A DNA stretch of 64,000 bases, taken from positions 186,001 to 250,000 of the forward strand of contig RSEE01000053.1 in NCBI GenBank assembly GCA_003971905.1, read 5' to 3'. A program made the position numbers and the translations under genes. Below the pieces are notes generated by a model. The model saw only the letters and a program-made list of their open reading frames with translations, was not told where the DNA came from and ran no database searches. Positions within the stretch are counted from its first letter, which is position 1. The number at the start of each line of letters is the position of its first letter. The stretch comes from Moniliella sp. 'wahieum'. Taxonomy: Eukaryota. Shown here piece after piece: positions 53,469 to 64,000 of the stretch.

Positions 53469-56288
53469 GAAGGGCAAAGGAGTAGCAGCGGGGTCGATTG
53501 TGGCGGCTGATGTAGATGCCCAGCTGGGGATGGGGATGTTTGGTGGGGAGTAGGTGCGGAGTGTGGAGCTGCGGCTGTGACGGCGTCACCCACTGGTACC
53601 CTGGCTGAGCAAGCTCACCGCACGGGCCAAGCGCTGAGCAAGTGTCCTCGGTTGACGATGATTGCCTGGTGGGCGGCAGTGCGCCAAACCGTAGCCCAAC
53701 TGCCTGCTGACGTCAGTGCCCGCGTCCGTGCGGCCCGTCTAACCCTACTGCTTCCCAACCCCTGTGCAACCCTACTACACATCTTGGGTCACCGGTCACC
53801 GGTCAGCCTGTCAGCCGGTCAGGTGACCTTGGCGGTCAGGGCACTAGCCACTAGTCACCATGACCGGTGACCCCGGTGGGCTCCCTTTGGTGGGACAAAG
53901 TTTGAAGTTGCACGTTTACGTCACGTGGACGATGCCCCTGATATCCTGATCCTGCGTCGCGTGAATCGTGACGGGAAACAGAAATAACTCGCACTGCTGG
54001 TACGGCAACGCCACTGCCGGCCACTGCCCGCTCGGTTAAAATGTCTCGCGTCGCGAAATTCCAAGATTCACAGCCAAGAGACAAGGCCTGGCAAAAGTGC
54101 GTACGTAGCCCCCATCGCCCATCGGACTACTGAGTCTTACAGGGCCTCAGGCCTCAGGGCCTCTCTCTGTACTGGGTACCTCAGTACCTGTGTGGCAGAT
54201 GGCCAGGGTTTCCCAATGCGGGGAACCATGGCGGGGCCCTGTGGTGGAGCAGAGTGGGGCTGTCCCGCCTGTCCCTTGTACCATGCGCGAACTGCCGGAG
54301 CGTCTAAGATCTGAACCCTGGCCGCACCCGGCCACACCCATCGTCATTGCGCCGCCTTTCCTTACTTACATCTCTGCAGGACCGGAGTATCTGGATATAG
54401 CCTGTTTGTACAGCCTTTTGTATAAGCCACAGCCACTCCCAGCGCTGCACCATCTACGCCCCAGCGCTGTCAAGCATAGCACATGACATGTGCATGTCAA
54501 GCTGTCAAGCTTCAAGCTTCAAGCTTCAAGCAGTACATGTCATGCATCACGGGCAAACGACAACAGCCGCATTATGTGCTTGCAGCATTTGGTGTTTAAC
54601 GTTTGACGTTTAGCTACGTTTACCCATCAGGTACACGCATACCATGCGGTTGCTACTTTGCTCCACGGCCAGATCCACCGGCGACGAGAAGCCATGTCTC
54701 TGCGACTGGTAACAGGTGGAACGCGTAACGCGTAAGGCCGCGCGGTACTCGGTAACCGATAACCCGAAGTACGCAGCGCTGTGCGCAGATGATCGATGAT
54801 CGATGATCCATGATAGATGACATGGCGATGCAACGCGTGTAGCCAGAGAGAGGGCTGCCCTGGGCTAGGCTGGCCTGCTCCAGTTTTGGTATATCCGACT
54901 GAAAGGTCGTCTGTGAAGCCCTCGGCGATACATCCTTCCACGGTCTCCGCGGACTTGTGAGAAGAGTGCTGGTGGCCAACAGCAGGTGGAGCTAGCGTGG
55001 GAGAAGCGGCTCTGTCAGGCTCTGTCCCATACACAGGCTAGCCAACGATCAGACACTTGATCACTGGCAACAGCAATTCGGTGGAGTAACGCGCGACGGT
55101 CCCTGGGCCTGTCGGTATAACCCAGTCGTGCACCATGTGTGCAACCGGATGCCAGGAACTAACTAGTCAAGACCTACCATCAAAAAGATGCATGATGCCA
55201 TGATGTGGGAATCCGTGATCTAAAACGGAGGTGTTCGTAAAAGTGATGCCGATGTAAGGAATGAACAATGCATGTGGGTGGTTCTACGATGAACTAATCG
55301 ATGCCCATCGATGCACGATGCACGATGCACGATGCAAGATGATCGATCGGTGATCGATGAGGAACCACCGGCCACCGGCCACCCGACTCGATCACACATT
55401 TTTCACTCGCTGTCGCATGTCGCGATCCTTCTAGGTAATCGATAATCCGGCTATCTGTGCTGCTATTCCTTTCCTAACCATCTCTCCCTCCTGTAGCTGG
55501 ACGAAACTGTCCCGGGTACCACCAGACCGACTGGCTGCTTGAGTACCTGGTTCTCCTGGTCTTGGCCAGCTTCGCCGGCTTCGCCAGCCTGTTGCAGTAG
55601 CTCGTCCTTCGTCACGCGTCACGCGTCCCGCGACTGGGCATTTGCAATCGTTGTAGTCACTGAATGGAGCCTGGCGGGGCAAGCGGAGGCGATGCGGGAG
55701 CGCGGTGACGGGGACGCGTGAGGGGCGATGCGGTGATCCTGAGGCCTGACCGCTGATTGATGATCCAAGGCGGCCCGGTGGGATTCTGAGATCTGAGACC
55801 CTGAGAGCGGGCGGGGCGGAAGAGGGTGCGGCATGTTGCAGTCGGTGCTGCGGGCGGTGCCAGTGCCGCACTGCGGAGGCGGATGGGGGACGCATGGATG
55901 GATTGGCGCTGGGCGGTGGGCACACGTGTTGCACGTACGTGGAACGCTGGATCAAAGTTCAAATTATCAAAGCGGGTGGTGCACGGGACGCATGGGAAGG
56001 TGTGCATGTGCCGCAGCGGGATGCATCCAGCCAGGGCAGGCAAGGCAGGCCGGTGCCCAGCCAACGCGGTGTGGCGGCAGGCACAGTGCCAGCATGCTTG
56101 GCAAGGACGCTGAGGCTGTCCTGGGGCCTGCGTGGGGGCCTGTGGGGGCTGCCACCGCTTGTCACATGGTGTCACGTGCCATGCTCCCCCTGGCCGAAAC
56201 AGAAGGGGGTCGGTCAGCGGTCAGCGCCCAGTCAGGCTCAGCGCGCAGACTCAGTGCTCGGCTGCGCAGCCAGAGACCTGCAAAGAGA

Positions 56289-56357
56289 TGCATGCAGGGA
56301 GGTGCATGCAGGGAGGTGCATGCAGGGAGGTGCATGCAGGGAGGTGCATGCAGGGAG
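56289..56357. repeat. 14-bp minisatellite (TGCATGCAGGGAGG), ~5 copies
   Basis: Read directly; each unit contains the 8-bp palindrome TGCATGCA. Confidence 0.95.
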
Positions 56358-56715
56358 AGCCCGCCAGCTGAGCGCTGAGGCTCAGCGCTGGCGTGGACTG
56401 GCCCAGCGCCTGAGATCAGAGTACGTGGTGTCGAACGCTTAACGTTCAGCCAGCGCTGAGCATCAGCCGCCAGGCCCAATAGGGCCAATAGGGCGCCACC
56501 CGCGTCGTGTGCTCACACATGCGAACACCTCGCCCAGCGGCAGTCTCGCCCTGCTTACGCTCGTGAGGCTTGCCTAGCACCCTGGTCCTCCCTCGCCCGC
56601 CTTTTCTCTCCCAGGTGCGCCCGCCTCGCCCATCCTCGCCCTCCCGCCATCCTCCCACAGCCAGCCTCTCCATTGCACACTCCCCCCGCCACCCCCCCCC
56701 CTCCCTCCCACCACC

Positions 56716-57721
56716 ATGCCCGAGAAGAGCACCATGGACAAGCTGACGGCCAAGCTGCCCATCCACAAGAGCAGCGTCATCCATGGCCTCAAGCATCCCG
56801 ACGACCTCTTCTCCCCTATCTGGGACTTTGCTTACGACGGCGCCATCACCGAGTGGAGCACCACCCCCAACCCCTTTCGCTGCCGCATGCGCAAGAACGA
56901 GACCGGCGACCGCGCCGCGTTCGAGGTTCGTCTCCCCCTCCCCCCCCCCCGCTCCCCCCTCTGGCGTGTCCCCTGATTCGTCTTTTCTCGTCTGCTCTGG
57001 TAGGTGGATTTGCGCCCCGAAAAGGCCGACCTGATTTCGGATCGGCTTCACATTTTCATCTGCCCCCAACACATTGACACCCGCACCGGCATCCCCTCCG
57101 AGGGCTTTAGCCTCGACACGCACTACAATTACCGCAAACACGAGTTGCTCGAGGGGGTGCTGGTGCCGGTGGTGGTGGATCTGTTTGGGGAGGAGGGCTC
57201 GCACTTGGAGTGCACCTCGGTCATGGTGAGCGTCACCATGCCTCGGGTCGATGGGCTGTACGACGTGGACATGGCGCGGTTCATGTGGTACTTTGGTCGT
57301 GCGGCGGTCGCCGGCCCGCGTCCGGCTCACATGCCGCTTTATCTGCAGCACCAGATGCAGGACGAGCGGAGTCATCAGGTCCGCGGTCGGACCCGCCCGC
57401 CAGACTATGCTTCCTCCCCCGGTTCGCGCCGGGAAGTGAGCAAGGATCGGGGCTCGAGTCGGTCGTCGAGCCTGGGCAAAAAAGTGCTCAAAGTGACCAA
57501 AAAGGTCTTTTCCTCCCCGCCGCCGCGCGGGCGTGCCGGTCTCCTACGCCCCAGAACCCTACGTCGAAGCCGAACCCTTCACGTACGACGTGACCTATCC
57601 CACCCACTACTTGCTCGATCGCGCCCCCTCGTCCGATTCGTATGCTTCGCCGGAATCCTACGCCCCGACGCGGGCGGATACCAAGGCGAGTGCGATCACC
57701 GAACAAGCTGGGCTTGAGTAG
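56716..57721 (+). CDS. Hypothetical protein
   Basis: CACCATG start, coding-like codon bias, and intron 56926-57003 (GTTCGT..CTGAT..TAG) joining ...AAFE to VDLRPEKAD... A C-terminal frameshift makes the end uncertain (57717/57721). Confidence 0.7.
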
Positions 57722-58141
57722 CTGGAGATGGCGAGCGTAGCTGAGCGCCCCAAAAGCTGCCGTTTCGCTTTCCTTTGCCTTATTTGTTTCCTTCCCCCCC
57801 CCCCCCCCTCCTCCTCCACCCCCCCCGCCGCCTCCTTTGGACCTTCACTTTTTTCCCCTCGTTCAACCCCCCGTTTCCTCACCTGCTGCTTTGTCTGTTC
57901 CTTTGCTCTCGTCCAATCCCACGACCACGAAACGAGATTCACGCATCTGCCTGCATCTAACCTGGCGCTTCAAACTAGTACATTGAGCCACAATGACGAG
58001 GTCCAGGGTTGGTGAAACCACCAGGGGCTTCGAAAGGACCCGATGCAACCCAAATAGACAAGGCCTGGACCCAGAGAAGGAAAATGAACCTGCAACCGAA
58101 TCAAGACAAAAACACGAGCCAGGGCAGGAAAGGGACAGTAA

Positions 58142-61100
58142 CTAATAAACGGCAAAGAAAGAGCGATGACAGATGACAGATGACTGATGATCCATGATGG
58201 TAAAAGAGGGAAGAAGGAGGCCCGTTACGGTGATGGGGGCGGTGTGCGAAGGAGACTGATACGGGTCATAGTACCTGCCGGCCGAGTGGTATTCTTCCCT
58301 TGGCTGTTCCTCAGGCAGACGTGCTGGCTCGGTCTCTTCGGCAGGATCCACGGGCGCCAAGAGCGGGGTGCTAACCGCCTGGATTGAACGCGTTGGGTAC
58401 AGTGTGGGTGGGGTGTAGGAAGGCGCGGGACTCATTCCTCGGGACAAGACCAGGTCCATCTGGGACGAAGAGCCATAGCCCTTGTCCCATTCGTAGGGTG
58501 GTTTGGAGAGAGAGTCGGCGGTCGGATGGCTCGGTACGGTCCCGGTCCCCTGGGGATCCAGGTTCGAGGCAAGCAACAGGTTGTCCTTAGAATCACTCCG
58601 CCGCATTTCCTCGCCCGCGTAGACATCTCCCATTTCGTACTCTTCTCCAGGCGCCTCGGACATCGAACCGTGGTACCCATTGTACTGTGGTGGATACCCT
58701 GATCGTGATAGCCCATGCCCAAGGCGAAGGACCCGGAGCTTGCCTTTTGCCTCTGGCCCCCGGCGCCAAGGACGAGGAGATGGTGGTGGCAGACAAGACC
58801 GATCTGGTGTCGTCATCGGTGCGAGGATCGTACTCGAGCTGGTCCTCTTGCACAAAGGCAATCTTGAGGCCACCCTCGATGGCAGCCGTCTCGACTTGGC
58901 GACCATCAACAACAGCCTGTTTGGCCTCGTCGATGCGACCGTGGTATACTTCTGGCAACAATGCATGGCTCCAGGCATGCACCATGGGGGTCCACAGTTT
59001 TTGCGTTAGGAAAGGATGGCCAAACCGGCGCTCCAGACGATGATGCTTTTGGTCGCCGTGATGAAGCCGAATCTGGGTCGCCTCCTCTGCCGAAGGAATG
59101 TACCACTCGAATTTTTGCTCAAAGGCACGGCGCAGGTACACCTTGAACACAACCACGAACCCAATGGGAGGAAGACAGGCAACCGCCCGGTACCCCGTAC
59201 TGGGATCTTCGAGCAGAACCGAGAGGATCAGAATGGCCTGCATAAAAAGTACGTTGACCAAGAACCGATTCGAGGCCGACTGCCACAACTTGCCGCCCGT
59301 CTCATGCTTGGTTTGGTTGACATACATGAGCTGGTACTTGTTTGCAATGCTGTATGCCCAAAACACGATCGCTCCCAGTAAAGCGATCAGCGGGAAAGAG
59401 GGGCATAGACCATCACGACAGCGCCCACAAACAGGAGGTTGGCGTAGTAGGTGCTGTATTCAAAATACGGTGGCTCAGTGAGTTCACGAACGTCACGGGG
59501 CGTCTTGCTAACCAGACCTTTCAGCAACCAAACATAAAGCAGCTTGATCGCTTGGGCGAGGTCGAGAAAAACAACATCACTTTCAACGGCATCCAAGTGA
59601 GCCAATAGTTGCCCAGTAGAAAGTACTGTTGTTTGATGTTTTGTGGCAGCTGCGGCAGCTGGATCCGGTCGAGTAGCTTGGTACCTTTGACCTTGCGTGC
59701 CGACACGCCCACAATGATGAGCAAGTTGATGAACACACCAATCATCAGGGTAAAGATGAGAAGCTGAGAGATAACTAGGTAGCCGTAATACTGCCCCAGG
59801 ATCACCCGATCGGTGGTGACCTTGGATGTGATACCACGGTACTTGGCCAAGCGTCGCATGAAGATGGGCAACAGCCAACTTGCTACTGCCGAATGAGAGG
59901 GGGAAGAATACCAGCAACGGCAGCAAAGGAGAGTTTGTGGAGTGACGCCACTCGTAAAGCCACTTGAGAAGAGGATGGTGCATCTGGACTGTCGATTCCT
60001 GGGAGCCCCCGGCGCTTTCAGTCCAGCTGACACCACTCGTGGCAAACAGACTCATGTTGGTAATCAAGTTGACACCAGTCAGCGGGACCGCATTGATAAA
60101 TAGAAGGACAATGAGCAAAATGAAGCCCATCACGCTCGACCGAAAGCGCTGCCAGGAACTCAAGGTCAAGTTGCGCCAAATGATCGCACTAGGAGGCGGA
60201 GCAAGTTGAATCTTGAGTCCTCTCGGACGCCTACGGCGCAGGCTGCGAGCAGCGGCGTGAGCATAGTGTACGCCGCCCATACTGGCAAAGCCGTAGCTGA
60301 CGGGGCGCTTTTCGGCCATGCGCAACCGTTCCTCCTCAATTGACGCCTCGACTTTTTCAATCTCGTCGGAGAAGTGGTCGATGGCATCAACCTTGCGACC
60401 ACCGAGGCCGAGGAAGTCGCCGAGACGAGTAGTGGGGCGATGTGAGCGTACGCTTGTGGGGTATTGATGTACCAGACCAGAGCGCGCTCCAGCTTGCGCA
60501 CCAAGTTTTTGTGGCGATCAATTAGGTCCGGTAACAGGCCCATGTCGCGCCCAATGGTGACTTCGGTGGTGGGATAAGGCATTTTGAGTTGCTGCAGCAC
60601 GTCCGAAAGGGCTTGGTCCGAGCGCAACGAAGGGGCAACGTGAGTGATTAGCAAGGTGCGTGCGTAGAATGCATTTTGGTATTCAGGCGAGCGGAACCAG
60701 TCCCACCGCATGCGCAACATCTGGCGCCAGTTGAGCCAGAGGAATCCCAGGGCGACCAGGGTGGCAAAATAACTCATCGCCACATGAGCCCACAGGTAGC
60801 CGCCGTGCACATTGCGCATGGTGATCATGACGAGCGGAGCATTATCCGTATCGGTTTCCCAGCTCGAGTCGCGGTCGCGAATGTTGGCAGTGACGTCGAT
60901 GGGGATCAAGACGATGCAGAAGACGATGCTAATAATGGTGACGGTCCACCTCATCATGCGAGTAAAGCGCAAGTACGCCACTGCATCCAGGCCAACAATG
61001 GGCAGTAGGTCCCGCTCCTTCATTCGCCACAAGGGAGCGATCCAAGCAAAGGGGTTGCGACCCATGGCGGGGCAGGCAGCGCGGTCGTCGGAGTACTTGA

Positions 61101-61401
61101 GCTTGGGCTCATATACAATGCGGTTTGTGGGGCGCATGACCTGGAAGAGGATGAGCATGCCTGCCGCAGCGGCGGCATAGGCGGCCACGGCAAAAGCGAC
61201 CTGGGCGCCCGTGATGGCCGATTGGGAGTTCTGGGGGGAAGGAGCGAGGGATGTCAGGACGACGGCAACCACAGGGACACAGGACAGAACAGACGGCAGG
61301 TTGCATACCAGGGCACAGAGGATGAGTGCGGCAGAGGCCGGGATGCCCGAGGGCAACGGCTGGTTGGTCTGGCATTGCAAGGGCGCATCGGCCGTGGCCA
61401 T
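58142..61401 (-). CDS. OSCA/CSC1/TMEM63 (Rsn1/Phm7-like) calcium-permeable channel
   Basis: VYEPKLKY, GLDAVAYLRF, LAPPPSAIIWRNL, PPYFEYSTYY, KYQLMYV...ETGGKLW. Probable in-frame intron 61231-61308. 3' end approximate. Confidence 0.92.
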
Positions 61402-61809
61402 CGTCGGAGGCTGAGCGCTGCCGTGGGAAAGGGTTAGCTGGGGGGACGCGCTAAGCTGACGGTGAGGTGGTGGTGGTGGTGCGGACGAGGGGGCGGGCGG
61501 CGAGGGGAGGAGGGGGGGAGGAGCGGCTGCTCGGTGGTGGGCATCGAGGCGGCGGGAGGGCATGGGGCGGCACGGGTGGGGCAGCGTTGGCTGGCGTCGG
61601 TGCATGCGGCCGCGCCCCAGAGCGTGTCTGGGCCTCGCAGTTTTTCTCCAGCGCACTCCCCCGTATTCGCCACACTGCCCTCCTGCCTCCGCTGGCCCGG
61701 CGGCCATATCCAAGCACACCCCCGTTTCCAGTTGGCCCGCCAGAACCACCCACCCCACGTGGAACTCCGGCGTCCGGCCGCGGTTTGAAATGGTAAGCTG
61801 CCTCTCAGA

Positions 61810-62640
61810 TCAGCGCCTGCATCGCCCCACAGCAACAAACTCCCTCGCCTTGTCCCGCGCCAGCCCCACGCTCCGGCCTCCATCCCCATCCAACCCCTCG
61901 CGCCTGCACACCCCACGTCCAGCCCATCCCCCTCGGCGCAGCCCGGTCACCAAGCCAGCCTCAAAATCTTCCTGCCACTTGGACCGCTGCGTTGCGAGTG
62001 CTGACCCCCACAGGTACGTTTCGTTGGACGGATGCGCGAGAAGACGCATATTGGGTACTGTTACTGCCAGATACATGTGCACCACCGCCATGTACAGCAC
62101 TGCCCACCCATCCCACCCAACCCAGCCGGCACAGTACAGCACAGCACAGTACAGCACAGAACGACGTCAGCACAAGCACAACACGGCCAGCGAGGATGAT
62201 CCTGGCGGAAGGAAGGCATGCGCCGAGACTGCCTTCGTCAAAGTACATGGCCAACTCTGACCAACGATGGATCTTGGCCACCAGGGCGAGGATACCAATG
62301 CCAGTCACGCCATGGAACAGGGCCTGTGCCGACTTGGGCCCTTGGTGGATGGACAGGTAGAACGCTTGAGCAGCACTCACCTTGTCCTCGGAAATTTGGC
62401 CGCCGTAGAGCAGCGGAAAGTCGTAGATGGAGGCAATGAAGAGCAAATCTGGTTGCAGGCCATGGCAAAAAGAACAGAAGGGTCAGCTCGCCTGGGCACA
62501 CGCAGGTGCACCAAAGGATCTATATGGACACGTGGGGCGATGAAAGTCGAATTCAAAAAGATAGGCATACCATAGAGGAAAGCGACTGCCGAAGAAGACG
62601 AAAGCAGCGCCGAAGCCGATGCTTGGCAGAAGAGCGAGCT
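61810..62640 (-). CDS. SHR3: ER membrane chaperone for amino-acid permeases (Shr3 family)
   Basis: IGFGAAFVFF.., LFIASIYDFPLLY, ALFHGVTGIGILALVAKIHRWSELAMYFDEGSL|VLYMAVV. At least two introns; both ends uncertain. Confidence 0.75.
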
Positions 62641-62984
62641 GGTGGGTGGTGGCTAGGAGGCTACTGAAGCAGCTTGAAGGAGAGAGGCAGGCCGTACGCC
62701 AAGCTGGGCGCCACACTTGATCAGGGCTAGCGCGCTGCTTTTCACGTATATTGGGCGTGTGTGCGGCACGGGAGCCACGGACGGGCCCACAGCGGAACTG
62801 AGGTGGACGCGCCGGCCTGGCTGGAAGCGATGAACCAGTTCAATAGGCATCACGTGATGCGTGGCAGCAGAGCCGCCCAGGACCCGAGCCAGTCGGCGGG
62901 CGGAAATGGGAGGCACGCCAAATTCCTAGGTTGCGCACCGCCTGCACGTCGGTTGAGGCCAAGGTGACCACCACCCAATCCATC

Positions 62985-64000
62985 ATGGCAGGGCATGGAT
63001 GGAGCGCATCCGGCGCCTTGCCCGAACGACCGCATATGGATGCTTTCGGTACGCCACCCTCCCATCCCCTTTGTGTTCTCTCTCCTCGGCTGACCATGTA
63101 CCTCGCCTTCTTCCCTCCCAGACCCCATGGATGAGGATATACAGTACACGTACAGCGCCCAGACCGCCACCCGCGCCGCTCAGGCCGAAAAAGAGGCGCT
63201 GCGGTCGCTCGCCATCAAGAAACTCGCCCGCAACCTCGCGGTTCCGACCAACGACCGCGTGGTACGTCAACGCCTACGAGAGCACCATCAGCCAATGACT
63301 TTTGGCGAACGCGAACCCGACCGCCGCGAGCGTCTGCGTGCTTACTTGGCAGAGAAGGAGATGCGCTCTCGTGAGGCCAGGGCGGCCGCCGGGGAGACGG
63401 TGGATTTTAATGCTCCAATGGAGGGAGGGAACGGGTCAGATGTGGACCACATGTCGGACGACGAGGACCAAGAGGAGGAATTTTATACCGAGCCGGCCGA
63501 TATGGAAGCTGTCCTTGCCGCCCGGAAACGGACTGCAATCTTCTCTCTTCAGCGGGCACGCAGACGGGTGGAGAGGGAGCGGAAACTGGCCAAGTTGCGG
63601 CTGCAAGACATTGCTCTCAAACGGCGCGATACGTTTGCAGCGCTAGAGCCGAGTCATCTGTCCCTATTGGGTAGCCAGCTGGGCGATGACCGCGCGGTTA
63701 GTATGGCCCGCTTCAGTCCCGACGGCCAACATTTGCTGACCACCTCCTGGAGTGGCGGGGTTAAACTGTGGGATGTGCCCCGAATGAGTCCTGCGCCCTT
63801 TCCTGCCCGCCCGCAAGGTGGGACAGGAGTGTACCGTGGCCACTCGAACCGTGTATCGGGTGCAGCTTGGCACCCGGGTGCAACTCGCTGGCTGCCACGC
63901 ACCGCAGCCAACATTGCGACTGGTTGTGCCGATGGATCGGTAGGCTTGTGGTCTCTCGAGTCGCCGGCACCACTAGGGCGTATGATGGGCCACCAGGGGC
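62985..64000 (+). CDS. PRP4: U4/U6 snRNP protein Prp4 (PRP4 motif + WD40), truncated at window end
   Basis: LAVPTNDRVVRQRLREHHQPMT.FGEREPDRRERLR, then SQLGDDRAVSMARFSPDG..LLTTSWSGGVKLW. Intron 63049-63121. Confidence 0.92.

Noticed and set aside
54880..54945. GFTDD as an RT catalytic motif
   Set aside because: It lies upstream of the QGSPLS motif and in a different frame, which is the wrong order for an RT.
35458..64000. Mass pseudogenisation or programmed frameshifting
   Set aside because: The lesions examined are homopolymer single-base losses, protein motifs are intact on both sides, and I noticed no nonsense substitutions. Sequencing error is the simpler explanation.

Overview
Eukaryotic, fungal, GC-rich and intron-poor DNA with GT-AG introns and CTRAC branch points. 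A basidiomycete is likely, and Ustilaginomycotina is an inference. About 16 protein-coding genes are recognisable: a Zn2Cys6+PAS transcription factor, a Nim1/Gin4/Hsl1-type kinase, an Avt3/4-like amino-acid transporter, an Mmt-like CDF transporter, RIB1, a G1-type cyclin, SMC1, RPS15, CHC1, SNX4, an OSCA/CSC1 channel, SHR3, PRP4 (truncated by the window end) and three hypothetical genes. Nearly every gene carries frameshifts. Those I checked base by base are single-base losses in short homopolymers, which points to unpolished long-read errors rather than pseudogenes, so CDS boundaries are approximate. The most unusual signal is non-coding: most intergenic regions contain short period-7 arrays built as TNA (TCA/TGA/TAA) plus a palindromic 4-mer. 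All 12 G/C-containing palindromic tetramers are used, and I saw essentially none of these arrays inside exons. There is also a three-copy dispersed repeat forming a ~0.95 kb inverted-repeat-bounded (MITE-like) unit, a possible LINE reverse-transcriptase relic and two low-GC islands of unknown origin.
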